From the human T2T-CHM13v2.0 reference genome, Homo sapiens: a DNA stretch of 64,000 nucleotides. This document shows positions 27,898 through 41,633 of the stretch, piece after piece. The notes under the pieces are model-generated. The model did not search any database. It was not told where the DNA came from and saw nothing but the letters and a program-made list of their open reading frames with translations. The stretch lies in NCBI RefSeq assembly GCF_009914755.1, contig NC_060928.1; one strand, 5' to 3'. The number at the start of each line of letters is the position of its first letter. Positions within the stretch are counted from its first letter, which is position 1. Position numbers and translations under genes: made by a program.

Positions 27898-29506
27898 CTT
27901 GTGGTGTGTGTTTGGGGGCTGGGGCGGGGGTGTGGCAGAGAAGGAGAAAGAGAGAGAGAGAGAGATACATAAAGAAACTAAGTCTTAGGGAAAATCGGTA
28001 AATTACCCAAAATCATAATTTAGATACGGGCAAAGCTAGGGCTCTGATCTGATACCTAAGCCCATTCTGTTATGTGTATGACATGTACAAAACCATTAAC
28101 ACTCATTTCATTAAGCAGCAAATCAGAGGAGGGAAATTCAAATTTAAGTATGAAGTCTAATAGAAGGATGAGTACAATCAAGTGGGCTCAGTCAAGGAGA
28201 TCATAATTTCATGTCAAGCATGTAGTGTATTTCCAGTAATGTGGCACATTGAATTAAAAGCTTGCCTGAAGGAATTGAGTTTTGGGCAAAACTTTATAGA
28301 ATCAAGGAACACATTAGGAGAGAGAATGAGGGAAAGGGATTCAGAGTTTAAATCATTTATTCATGCATTCAACAACTATTTCTTGAACAGCTACCATGTA
28401 CCAGATGCTTCTCATAGTACTGAGGCAGAAACTGTCCTCAGAGTCATGGAGTTTACCCTACAGAGTAGGTAGGTTACTAGCAGCAAATAAAATAGATGTA
28501 TTGAATTTATGGGAAAAAAATGAAAATGGAAGTAAATTTGATGGAGGGGATTCACAGAAACCCTTGAATTCTAGACTGGGAAGTTCAAATGTTAAATGCA
28601 TTAGGCCCTGGAGTGTCAACATAGATTCCTGAACAAGTATGAAGTGAAAGGCCATCCTTGGCTCTTCTAGTCCTATCTCTATATGTGGAAAGAGACAAGG
28701 GATACAAACAAGTACCATCCCTTAACCAGAATGAATATGAGTATGTCCTGCCAATGAAGAGTAGGATAACAGTGATATCTGTGGAAGTGGAAAAGAAGGC
28801 CTTCCCACCTTTTCACAGGATTTTTTAAAAATCCCTACCCAGACTGACTTTGAGCCAGGCTTAGCTATGCATTCAGATATTACTCTCAGATAAAACATGC
28901 TATAAAACACCTGTGTTAGGTAATAAAAGGCAACAACATTTCCTTTGTATCAAGACTTAATCTATATTTTTCAATATCTCATAGGACTTCTATCATGGCC
29001 AGGTAAGTAGATGCAGATAGGTCCACCTCTCTGCACAACTGGAGATAACTACTTCCACAAAATAACGCCAGTATGATGCTACTTAGATTCCATTTACAAT
29101 CCTGCAATAAAACCAATAATAACACTTTGTACTTATGAACTGCCTCACACTGAAAATCTCAAATGTTTTATAGACCATAAATTCTCCCAACACCCTTCAT
29201 GAGAAAAAGAATTACTCTCTCCATTTAACAGGTAAACTAGAAACTAGCATAGAGGAAGAACTTGCCCAAGGCCACTGAGGTAAGACAGAGTCCACTTGTT
29301 CTGGAGGCTCTAGCAGGGCTGCTTCTCAGCAAAGTGGTGAGGAAGGCAGTACTTTATATTGCATGCTGTTTCTGCTTCCCTTTTTTTTGTTCTCTACCAA
29401 ATTTTGGCAATTGTCCTAAGTTTCTCTTAAGGTATTAACTGATACCACTTGATAATGCTCAAGGTGTTAGCCTTCCCAGGGATATCTACATTTTATTAGG
29501 GGACTC

Positions 29507-29892
29507 TTTTTTTTTTTTTTATTATACTTTAAGTTTTAAGGTACATGTGCACATTGTGCAGGTTAGTTACATATGTATACATGTGCCATGCTGGTGCGCT
29601 GCACCCACCAACGTGTCATCTATCATTAGGTATATCTCCCACTGCTATCCCTCCCCCCTCCCCCGACCCCACCACAGTCCCCAGAGTGTGATATTCCCCT
29701 TCCTGTGTCCTTGTGATCTCATTGTTCAATTCCCACCTATGAGTGAGAATATGCGGTGTTTGGTTTTTTGTTCTTGCGATAGTTTACTGAGAATGATGGT
29801 TTCCAATTTCATCCATGTCCCTACAAAGGACATGAACTCATCATTTCTTATGGCTGCATAGTATTCCATGGTGTATATGTGCCACATTTTCT
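29507..29892 (-). mobile_element. Short 5'-truncated young L1 (L1HS pre-Ta type, ACG/A)
   Basis: Minus strand reads gatgacACGttggtgggtgcagcgcacc and cctgcacaatgtgcacatgtacc, with ggggtcggggg. ACG at 29612-29614; T14 tail. Confidence 0.85.
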
Positions 29893-30995
29893 GGTTGAAT
29901 GTCAAGAACCAAAGAAAGGACCTGTTGAATTGCTGATGGAAAGACTGCTCCCTTCTCATAACTCACAAAGGGTCCTGCCCTGGGGGCCATTAATTCCTGT
30001 ACCCTGCCACCATAGAGACCATCCCCAGAAAGAAACTTCCTCTCCTACTACATCAGTCAGTACCCTGAGGTTTTGCTTTGTTTCAAGGGCTAAAGTGGAA
30101 ACAAAAGGAATTACCTTTATGCCCAGAACTACCTGACATCAGGATGGGTCTGGTTCTGTCTGAGCCATCTCTATATTAGGAGGGGGCGGGATCCCTAAAC
30201 ACATTTTGTAGTTCCATTCTTTGTGCCTAAATATTGTTGTTAGTAAGTGAATTGTTTCCTGGCATTTCCTGGGACTACAAACACTGCCACCAGGTGGGAT
30301 TTCTTTCACCTAACAGGAGAGACATTTACCATGGCATTTCCAAGGAGATCAACATTTGAAATCTCTTCCTACCTGAGGGCTGGAGGGAAATGGAACAATC
30401 TGAAACCACCTGGAAAAGGCCTGGTTGCCCACTGCCCTTTCTTGGGACTTGTATCTGACTTCCTGAATTAATTTTAAGTAGCTAGTCTACTACTTATGAT
30501 TCAAGAGAAAAGTGGGAACTAGGAACTCAGGGACGGAGGTTTGCTTAGGATTACTTGCATGTCTATTATGGCATCCATCACTTAAATGATCTGGAGAAAG
30601 TGGTCACACATTATGAGCAAGTGCTGAATGTAGAGAGAAAAAAATTGTAGATGTTGTTCTTTTTTCTTTTTTAACCAATCATCACTGAAAGAAAAATAGT
30701 GCTGCCTTTCTTCTAAAAAGAAAGCAAATTTCTGCTAGCAACATGTAGTTCCTCTGTATAGCTCCTGTTGAGGCTATTGAGGTCTAGAATATGGCCAGCT
30801 TAAAAATTAAAAAAAAAAAAGGAAGCCTCTTTTCATTTTTCTGCCATCTTAGATGACAGAATTAGGATATCACTAATTGTTCTTCAATATTCTTCTTTCA
30901 ACTACTTTCCTAAAGGGTATTTACTGAATACCTAGTGTAGGCAAAAAGCTCTCCAAGTGCTATGCATGAATCTTGTCCTTAGAACACTGCATTCT

Positions 30996-31146
30996 AGCTG
31001 GGTATGGTGGTGAGCACTGGTAGTCTCAGCTACTTGGGAGGCTGAAGTGGGAGGAACCCCAGAAGTTAGAGGCTGCAGGAGGCTATGATGGAGCGACGGC
31101 ACTCCAGCCTGGGTGACAGAGAGCCCATCTCTAAAAATTTTAAAAA
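30996..31146 (+). mobile_element. Free right Alu monomer (FRAM-like)
   Basis: gctgggtatggtggtgagcac..cactccagcctgggtgacaga; TSD ctgcattcta/ctacattcta. Confidence 0.85.
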
Positions 31147-33141
31147 GCTACATTCTAAATAGAGATACAAACGTACTCAAATGCCCATTTAATATTGTTA
31201 TTTAACTTCTCATATGTTTATATATCAAATCATAATAAGGAATGAAATCTGAAAGTCACTGATCTGGAGAGGATTAACATTTTGGTTTTGGTTGTGTGTC
31301 ATATTACCAGGAAATTTGCTCTAGAATGTTTTAAAGCAAGAACAACTGTCACAAGACAGCAAGAGATTCCTTGGGGGTATTCCTTGTCAGTGCCTAGGAC
31401 TCCAAAAATACATCATGAACTAGCTACAAAGATAATCACAAATCTCTATTTGATTATTTGCATTTCCTTGAAAACATGTAATTCATTAAAATGTATTGCA
31501 TACTTAGTATAGATGTGGTATTACAAAAATAGAAAAGCAGCAGCCCTTGGTCTTGCTTAGGATCTGTCAGCTTCCATTCTATTTTCATTCCTGTCCAGTC
31601 AAATCCTTCTCAGTTCGCCCAGCACTACCCAGACACTCCTGCTCTGTTTACAGCTCAGCAATAGTTACCAGGATTGACAACATAGATACTTGAAATATTT
31701 ATATAGCATTTATGCAATCACTTTTCATTGCCCAGTAAAAGAACTGGTTTGCAGAGCTTGGCTCATAGCCAGAGTCATCTCGATCTTAATTTTATAAGGC
31801 AAGAATTTACTCCAGAGTTCAAAAATTGAAAAACAGGGTGGAGGAGTTGTTGGTAGGTGATCATTTGTGGTCAAAGAAAGCTGTTTGCTTTTTCGTGGGC
31901 AGATATCCAGGGGCAGTTTTAAACTACTTCCTTCAAGGAAGAAATGCCAGAAAAACACCTGGAAACCCCGAAGCACATGTAAAGAGTAAAATTAGTCCCC
32001 AGTGGTGATATTTATCATTTCTACACCCCCATCTGTCCATATTTTTACAGCATTCATCACCATACCTAAGCAACTTTAATTGATCCTGTTAAGGTTTTAC
32101 ATGGGTCATCTGAGCAGCTACACCTGGAAATTTGTAGGGTGAAAAGGCAGATGCCAGCAACCATGCTAATGAATGAATCTCTGAGTTGCTGAGGTGACAA
32201 ATGAGATCACCTCCTTTAAGTGCCTTTCAGCTCCAGATACTGGAAGGTCAGTAACCTCTTCAATCCACAGTCCCATTGCCAAGATCTCCTGGACTGCGTT
32301 TAAGGGTAGGATTGGTGGGAAAGAAGAGGGATGAGAGGAGGAAGAATTAAGAAAGTGGAAGATGATAAAGAGAGGAGTGAACCCTAGAGCCAGACAGGGG
32401 AGAAGGAAAGAGGTTGCTGCGTGTATTTCAGCATTGGCAGCTAATCTTTACCTATGGGGGCTTGGAGACATGACCACCTGGGAGAAAATGACTATAGAAA
32501 AATGAATGGAAATATTCAATGCATTGTGAAGGGCACAAGTGCCAGGGCAAGCAATAAATTTGTTACATTCTTAGAAACTCAATTCACAAAACAATCACCA
32601 AAGGAATTAAGTAAAAAAAGAGAGAGAAGTTTTAAGAAGAAAACAATTTTTAAAGTAACAACTTTTCCCAAAAGACAAAAATCAGACTGGTAAACCACTG
32701 TATACAGAAATGGCTGATAAGACCAAGAGAAAGAAAACTGCTGGTAAAAAGAAGGGCTTTCTGAAGCCATAAGAATTTAAACACAAATTACAGAGGAAGG
32801 ATGCCAGCTGAACTGCCTGCAGAAAGAAACAGATTAGGACAGTGGGTAGCATTCCACAGAGCAGAGCCTGTAGGCTGCACGTGGGAAACAGTACAAAGGG
32901 CACCTGAACAGACTCTCCAAATATCAAATCACAAGAAATAAATCAACAGCCTGTGCAAGGAAAACCTTCAAGGTGGGCTTGCAAAATTTGTCATGCTGTG
33001 ACTCAAAATAGTCTACCTCTTTTTTTTTTTTTTTTGGTGTGGGGAGGCATAGTGATAAATTCTCATAGCATCATTATCAGTAGAAATTTTGAGTAAAAGT
33101 GGAATTGAAGAATACAAAGGAAAATATGACTATGTTAATTA

Positions 33142-33569
<428 letters not shown>

Positions 33570-34980
33570 TTAAATAGAAAAAATCAAAATGCTTTATATG
33601 ATTATAAAGATATAATCACACAGAAATATTCTATGCTCTTGGCATAGAAAACAGGCCACTGGGAAGATATATCTCAAAATGCTAATTTTGGCTTTGTTTG
33701 GGTCCTGTGACTATGGGTGATGCAAAAATACATAAAACACAGTTTCTGCCCTTAAGGAGCTGACTAATTCTTATTCTTTATTATATTTGTTTAGTCATCT
33801 TTACTTTTCATATCATTAAAATTTTAAGGAATGTCTTAGTTTAGGGCAGTTGAAATGAAGTTCAAAAAGGAAGAAATAAGTAAAGGCTAAAATCAAATTA
33901 CTTTGGGCTTTAGGAATATGATTATATATTTTTTATTCTGTATATTATATAGGAAAACAAATGTGTTTGGCAGGAGATATTTGATATGACACCTCTTTCG
34001 CTTGTCACTATTCAATCTGATTCAGCTCAGCAAATATCTACTAAGCAGGTAATGGTATATAAGGAAATCAGGGGAAAGCAGGAGGAGTAAAAGTTGAATA
34101 ACATTCCTACCTTTGAGGTCCCTGCATCTAAAAAGAAGTAAATTAATGTAATTCTACTTCCACTTCCTCCCAACCCCAGTTGTATCCCTTCGATTCTTGT
34201 CTGATGTTCCTATTTAGGACAGAGAACAGGACCAAACCTTTGGGTAAAGCCCCCTGAATGACTGATTATTCTCAATGTAAATCACTAAGAAAATGGGAGA
34301 TCGTTAGTCACTGGATAGTCCCCAGCAGGCAGCCCTCCTTTCCAAGTGCTATTCCTGTTGTCGGTGACATGTTTCCTCCAGACTTTATTATGGTTGTTTT
34401 TCATATCATATAGGTCTCAGTTCAAATGCCATGTCCTCAGAGAAGCCCTTCCTGACCACCTCACCACCCTAGAATACCACCACTCCACCCATTCTCAGCC
34501 AGAGAATCAGCCCACTTACCACACCCACATACACACCATTCTTGATCTACTACTTTGTTCTACTGTTTTCATGGTATTCTAGAAAATACTTTTTTTTTTT
34601 TGGTTTGAGATTATTGTCTATTTCTTTTGGAATATAAACCCCATGAGGGTAGGGATTTCACAAGTCTTTTGTATGGCTATATCCTCAGCTTCTAGAACAG
34701 TGTGTGGTTCATAATGTACATTTGATGAATAGGTATGAACAAATGAGAGAGGGAACATCTGTTCCTGCCTCTCTTGATCTTACTGTCTTGACTCTAGACT
34801 TTAAAAAAAGAGACAAACTTTCACTTCGTTCCCAATTGCATCTCCAGCACCTAGAAGAACGTCTGGTTCATAGTGGATATTCAGTAAAAAATTGTTAGCA
34901 AAAATGATAGTGGGACAGGAGCCAGGAAGAAAAAGACCCAAATAGCAGGAAATCAAGAGCAAAAATTTTTGCCAGATATA

Positions 34981-35060
34981 TTAGTTTGGTGCAAAAGTAA
35001 TTACGGTTTTTGGCATTAAAAGCAATGGCAAAAACTGCAATTGCTTTTGCACCAACCTAA
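34981..35060. mobile_element. MADE1 (80-bp Hsmar1 mariner MITE)
   Basis: ttagtttggtgcaaaagtaattacggtttttggcattaaaagcaatggcaaaaactgcaattgcttttgcaccaacctaa; palindromic, flanked by TA on both sides. Confidence 0.95.
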
Positions 35061-35833
35061 TATGGTGGTATGCGTTGATCTCTGTGTGTTTATTCCCATG
35101 AGCCTGTAGTCAATTATTGTCAGCAAGTTCTAGGCTTGTCTCAAATCTGAGACAAAAATTAAGGATGATCTGTGTATTCAAGCTTAGGGCAGAATAAGTG
35201 AGAAGAGAGTAGCAGAATCCCACAGTGCAGTACAGTAGAAATAGGAATCAGCCAGAGAAGGATCGGTAGATGGAAAATTTCTGGAGAAGGATTCAGACAA
35301 GAGGTCCAGCCACTCCCTCTCCAGGTGGATGTTCTCCCAGTACTGCCAAGCCTGGAGGAGCTGCGTTTTATTTTATTAGAGAAACAGTCATTTCTTTATA
35401 AAAGTAAACAGAAGAAGCATATCACAGAATCTCTTAATGCTATAAGTACTAAATGCTATGAAAAATAAAGGATTAAGAGCTCACAACACATCAGACTAAT
35501 TAGGCATCACATCATGAGAAAGGTAGCATTTTCAGATGCATCTTAATGAGGACAAACCAGGCAATGGAATATGCCAAGTGAAGGAAAGTTGAGAAGAAGC
35601 ACATAGTATGGTTGGTGCATAGGAGATACGTGAGAAAGGAGAGAGATACAGAAAACTAGGTTGAGGACAAATTGGGCAAGGCTACAAGTACCAAACTGAG
35701 GTGTTTGGTGGTTTTTCTTTTTTTTTAATTTAGTTGGTAATGAGCAGTTACTTATTGTTTTTTGAGAAAGTTTATAACATTCGTGGGCTAAGTTTTAGGA
35801 ACATAAATCTAGTGGCAGTATTTACATGGTTAC

Positions 35834-36439
35834 TTGGTAGGCAAGATTCTAAAGTGATTCCCAGTGACCCATGATCTTGTACGATCCCCTCCATTTTGAA
35901 TGTTGGAGGAGACTATGAATATGATGGCATATTATATGATTCACTTATGTTAAATGGCAAAGTTGGCTTTAAGAATGGGACGTTATCCTTGGCAGACCTC
36001 ACTTCAGACATGCTCTTTACAAAGATGGGGTTTCTTTCTGGAGAAAGAAATTAGAAGTACTATATTCAACATGCAAAAAATTATTTGTTACTGCTTTTAA
36101 TATGGAGGGGGAACAAACAGAAAAAATGGCAAGTGGCTTCTAGTAGCTGATAACAAGCCCTGGCTAAAAGCCAGTAAGAATATGGAACCGCGGTCCTACA
36201 ATTACATATAAGGAATTTGATTCTGCAAAAACCTGAATAAGCTTGGTGGAGGATTTCTACCCAGAGCCTTCCGATAAGAATACCACCTGGCCAACACATT
36301 GAATGTGACATCCTGAGCAGAGAACGTGGCTGAGCCCCACTGAACTTCTAACCTACAGAATGGTGAGATAATAATTGGGTGTTGTTTTAAGCCTCTAAGT
36401 TTGTAGTAATTTGTTATGCAGCAATAGAAATCAGATTCA
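35834..36439 (+). mobile_element. MLT1E/F-like MaLR LTR
   Basis: tggtaggcaagattctaaag...gtgttgttttaagcctctaagtttgtagtaatttgttatgcagcaatagaaa. Confidence 0.8.
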
Positions 36440-39400
36440 TCTGGAGTGGGGAAAAACTGGAAGCTATTTAGGAGACTAAAAACATAGCCTAGATTAAAAT
36501 AAATTAATAACTAAATGAAAGGAGTTGCAATAGAAATAAAGAGAATAAATGAAAGAAATAACAGAGATAGCCTCTATATGATTTAGCAATTAATTTATGT
36601 TGCTCAGAGAGAAGGAGAAGGTGAATAGAAGTCTAAGACTTGGAACGTGGATGGCTAAAAGGATAAGAGTGCCAACATAAAGGTTTGGAAACCAAGAATA
36701 TAATTAAGATGGATGACCAGTTTCATTTTAGATGCACTGAATTTATGATATCAACAGGATAAACACAGTTTATAAAAACTGGGGCGGGGGGAGCTGAAAT
36801 ACTGTAGAGACTTAAGGTTAGAAATACTTGTGGAGTTATTGGTAACTAAATACAAGCATATAACTCAAGTGAGTTAACTAAAGAAATAATGGAGAGAAAG
36901 ATTGGTATGAATTTGGAAGAGGACCCCAGAAGAAAGACTTCTCCCACCTAAGTGTAGATGATATTCTTTCTCTGTCTGAAATAGCCTATCTAAAATACCC
37001 CCGGAAAACCACCTACTTTGCTTTTAAATCTCAGTTCAACTACCATCTCTCCCATGCAGCACTCTCTGCCTTACTCAGCCAGGGGAAAAAAAAATACCTT
37101 TAAGTTTTTCAAGTGGTTATTCCTATCTCCCAAGTAGACTAAGTTTTCAGGGGACAGGAAGCATTTCATTTTATCTTTGTATTCTCAACATGAAATTGTC
37201 AAGAACACAATAGATACTAAATATGTATTGAGTGAATGAATCAAGGATGGGAGTAATAAAAAAGAGGAAGGAACCAAAACTTCACAACTGCTAATATAGT
37301 CTTACATAAGTATTCAATAATAATGGTTGATGGGAAGTTTTTAGAAAATAAATGTATATTACTCAAGAATATCAATAAAGACAAGCATAATACACATACA
37401 TTCATACATACACACATAGGGTTTTTATAGTCAAAAGTAGAGTTTAATGCAACAGAATCCACTAATCCACTAATCTGCTGTTGTTTTCTGTTTTAGAAAT
37501 GCTTTCCTTTAACTCTCCTTGTGTTTGGGAAAAAAGATTGATAAGTATCCTCTGATTCAGTAGTTGGCTATAACAGTCACAACCTCTAACATAAAATAGG
37601 AAAGACCTATTATTTAAAAATTAAAACAACTCTTAATTAATGCAACACAACAGAGAGATCAAATACAAGGCACGTATACTACCAATATGTTCAATTCAGT
37701 TCCTCCTGAAAAGCTGCAAATCCTCCATACATCAAGGAAACCAGATGCTCAGCCAGAAATATGAATCCTATGATTTAAACCATTTGAGTGAAGGCATCTC
37801 AAGATGCCAGCATTCTGAAACAATTTAATCCATCCAGAGCTGGGATTCTGCAGCCTTTGATAAAAGAAACACTGTGCTACTGTCTTGAATATCACAAGAT
37901 GGCATCTCCAGGTGTGCTGATGAGGGAATTGTTTTTTTCCCATTTAATTTGCTTTCAATTCAATTTCCCAAGAAGTCATTCCAAGAGTCTGGGAGGGGTG
38001 CCATTTATTTGTCATTGCTGGACATGCTGCTGCTGGCTTCATCCATTTCATCCATTGCTCCCTCTTCCTGGATGTATGTTAGTTGCAAATGAGTTATTAT
38101 AAGTCCAAAATTTGGTTGCTACTAGTGTTCTCTGGTTTGCTGGCTCCCATATCCATATTCTGTTCTAGTCTGGAATTACAGCTGGGAATCTCTGTTAGGG
38201 ATTATTCTACTTGCTCATCATCCCCTGTTACTATGATTATTCTGAATGACATGGCTGGTCATTAAAATATAAAGATGGGTATGCCTTGATCTCTGCCTTA
38301 GACAAAAACAGACAAGCGATTCTCTTAGGTCTCAGCCGACTCTTTTTAAGCATTTGCTATGTGCTAGGCACTCTGCTAATCTCTTGAAATGGACTATCCA
38401 ATTATTCTTTACTACAACCCTGTGAGATGGCACTCTTATTTTATGCTTATGGCTTAAATAACAGATTGGAGGTGCAGCAAAGGGAAGGGAGCCATTGTAG
38501 ACATGCTGTCAGTCTTCAGTATCTATGAATGAAGAATCATGTGGAGTACAGAGTGGCAAATGTTGTGACAGAAATATGCACTGTAGCTAAAGGGAGGGAA
38601 GTCTCAAAGATGGTTTCAAAGGGGAAGAGGATGAACTTCTTTGGCAAGGAGGACTGGAGCTGAGGGGGACCCAGAACTATATATTTAAAGGCCAGAGGTG
38701 ACCACCAAAGCAGAAGAACTGAAAAAGAATTTTCTTCTGGATTTGGCATTTTCCAAGGGCAGAGTAAAGATGTCAGGAACGCTTGAGGCAGGCCTAGAAA
38801 GAGGAGGCAGCTGACAGAACTGAGAAAGGGCAGAAAGGAATGGAAAAACAACCAACAGTTCACAGGGAAAAAATCAAAGAGAGAGTTTCCAGGGCCTATT
38901 GAATTTTGCAATTAGATCTTCATTATTAATCACAAAAGCTATTATGTTCTTTATGCCAAGCAAAGATCAAACACATGATCTCATTTAATCCTCACAACTA
39001 CTCTTGAAATATGTGATATTATCTGCAGAACAGTTCCCGGGGTGGCTAAGGGCAAAATCCAAACCGCAGTGGGTTAAGAAGTGACTGAGTGGGGAGAATG
39101 TAGTCTGGATTTGGGATAAATTTAGGATAGAAAGGGATTGAGCCCCTATTAAAGGCTAGTGAGTGCGCCAGTCACTTTAGCACTGCTTTCTAATGTCATC
39201 CAAACAAAACTCTAAAAGGAATGTGTTGTTATTCACCATCAAAGAAGAAACTCAGATCTGGAGACATGGTGTGACTCCAGGAGCCTATCTTCTTTTCGAT
39301 CAACTCCATTGCCCTACAGAGGGGAAGAGGGATAAATGCAATAGACATTGACTGAAGATTTTACTGCATATGGTCAAGAACTGCACTAAACATTTACCTG

Positions 39401-39649
39401 GATTGCACACTGAAACTTCAGTTTAAATGCTAATTTCACTATTAATAGTGTGGTTATCTGGCCTGAGGCCAGAAATCAGACTCCCTGAATTTGGATCTCA
39501 GTTCTGTCACTTACTATGTATCCTTTTGCCTCAGTTTCCTCATCTGTAAAATGGGTTTTGCTGTGAAAATTATTTGGTAATATACTTGAAATATAAATAA
39601 CAAGGCATGTCTAGAGCATAAGTGTGGAGAAAAATGTTAGCTCACAGTT

Positions 39650-39959
<310 letters not shown>

Positions 39960-40739
39960 GCTCATAGTTTAATCTCCATTGTACAGCCATGACAAGAGAG
40001 AATTAGGAAGACAAAGCTAGCGACTCTTACATTCTGTTCCGGACTCCGGGATCTTCCACACACCCTTGTTTTTAGCCACCACTGCACCATCCTGCTGGGA
40101 AACCTTTTGGGGACCTGTAGGAAGGAAACCTTTGGGGGAAGCTGTAGGTGGGGTTGTGGTGTGTTTGCTTGTTTTCTTATTTGTTTTTAACATGATATTG
40201 ACTCGCACATATTTCTCACCTCGAGAGAAGATGATGCGGGAGAGAGGGGCGTTATGATGGGTATGCTCTCAGAAAGACAGGAAGCTATGATGACGGGCTG
40301 CAGGTGCAGGGGCCCGCAGTGTCCGTCAGAAGAGGCTCGGGAAAGTAAGCGAGAATGGTGTTCACGTTGTGACTTTGTTTGGAATCATAAGACCGAAAAG
40401 CCAGGAAGAAGTTCTGTTTTCCTCTGCCCTCTTGCTAGCCACCACACAGCCACTGTTCTTGGAGAATTAAAAAAAAAAAACAAACAAAGACAAAACAAAA
40501 CAAAACAAAAAAACCGTCCCTCCTACCATTTCTTTAGTCCTGAATCTCCTTTTCCCTTCCTCTCCCCAGCCATCCCCACCCCTACTTCCTCTTCTCTCCC
40601 TCCCGCTGCCAGTTCTCTGGTTACTCCCCCCCTCCCTTGCTTCTATCCCAGCCTGGTGCAAGCTAAGAGGGCGAGGACGAGGGAGTGGGAGAGATTGGCT
40701 GAGGACTCTACAGATCAGCTAGAGAGCGAAAGAACTAAG

Positions 40740-40811
40740 TCTCTCTCTCTCATACACACACACACACGCACACACGCGCGCGCGCGCGCACACACACACA
40801 CACACGTACAC
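40740..40811. repeat. Compound (TC)n(CA)n(CG)7(CA)n microsatellite
   Basis: tctctctctctcatacacacacacacacgcacacacgcgcgcgcgcgcgcacacacacacacacacgtacac read directly. Confidence 0.97.
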
Positions 40812-41317
40812 TAAAAAACTCGGACCAGCCGCGCCGCAGCTGCTCCAATCCCTGGAAAAGGCAATCGAGCGCCCTCCGGACCGCTGCGCACAGCCCCGGC
40901 TCCGACCTGGCGCCCAAAACAGAGCTAGTCCTAGTCCCTCGCGCGGCCAGTTTGGCCGGGTGTTCCCAAAAATAAAGCGAGGAGGGAAGGTACAGACAGA
41001 TCTTGAAAACACCCGGGCCACACACGCCGCGACCTACAGCTCTTTCTCAGCGTTGGAGTGGAGACGGCGCCCGCAGCGCCCTGCGCGGGTGAGGTCCGCG
41101 CAGCTGCTGGGGAAGAGCCCACCTGTCAGGCTGCGCTGGGTCAGCGCAGCAAGTGGGGCTGGCCGCTATCTCGCTGCACCCGGCCGCGTCCCGGGCTCCG
41201 TGCGCCCTCGCCCCAGCTGGTTTGGAGTTCAACCCTCGGCTCCGCCGCCGGCTCCTTGCGCCTTCGGAGTGTCCCGCAGCGACGCCGGGAGCCGACGCGC
41301 CGCGCGGGTACCTAGCC

Positions 41318-41633
41318 ATGGCTGGGGCGAGCAGGCTGCTCTTTCTGTGGCTGGGCTGCTTCTGCGTGAGCCTGGCGCAGGGAGAGAGACCGAAGCCACC
41401 TTTCCCGGAGCTCCGCAAAGCTGTGCCAGGTGACCGCACGGCAGGTGGTGGCCCGGACTCCGAGCTGCAGCCGCAAGACAAGGTCTCTGAACACATGCTG
41501 CGGCTCTATGACAGGTACAGCACGGTCCAGGCGGCCCGGACACCGGGCTCCCTGGAGGGAGGCTCGCAGCCCTGGCGCCCTCGGCTCCTGCGCGAAGGCA
41601 ACACGGTTCGCAGCTTTCGGGCGGCAGCAGCAG
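41318..41633 (+). CDS. BMP3: BMP3 coding exon 1 (signal peptide and start of prodomain, codons 1-105 plus 1 nt)
   Basis: gccATGg Kozak start at 41318. Translates [28 protein letters not shown]...SFRAAAA with a hydrophobic signal peptide. Donor G|gtgagt at 41633/41634; 316 nt, phase 1. Confidence 0.98.

Noticed and set aside
40254-40814. 186-aa ORF upstream of BMP3
   Set aside because: It reads through an A-rich tract, a pyrimidine tract and the CA/CG microsatellite; the product is low-complexity with no recognisable domain.
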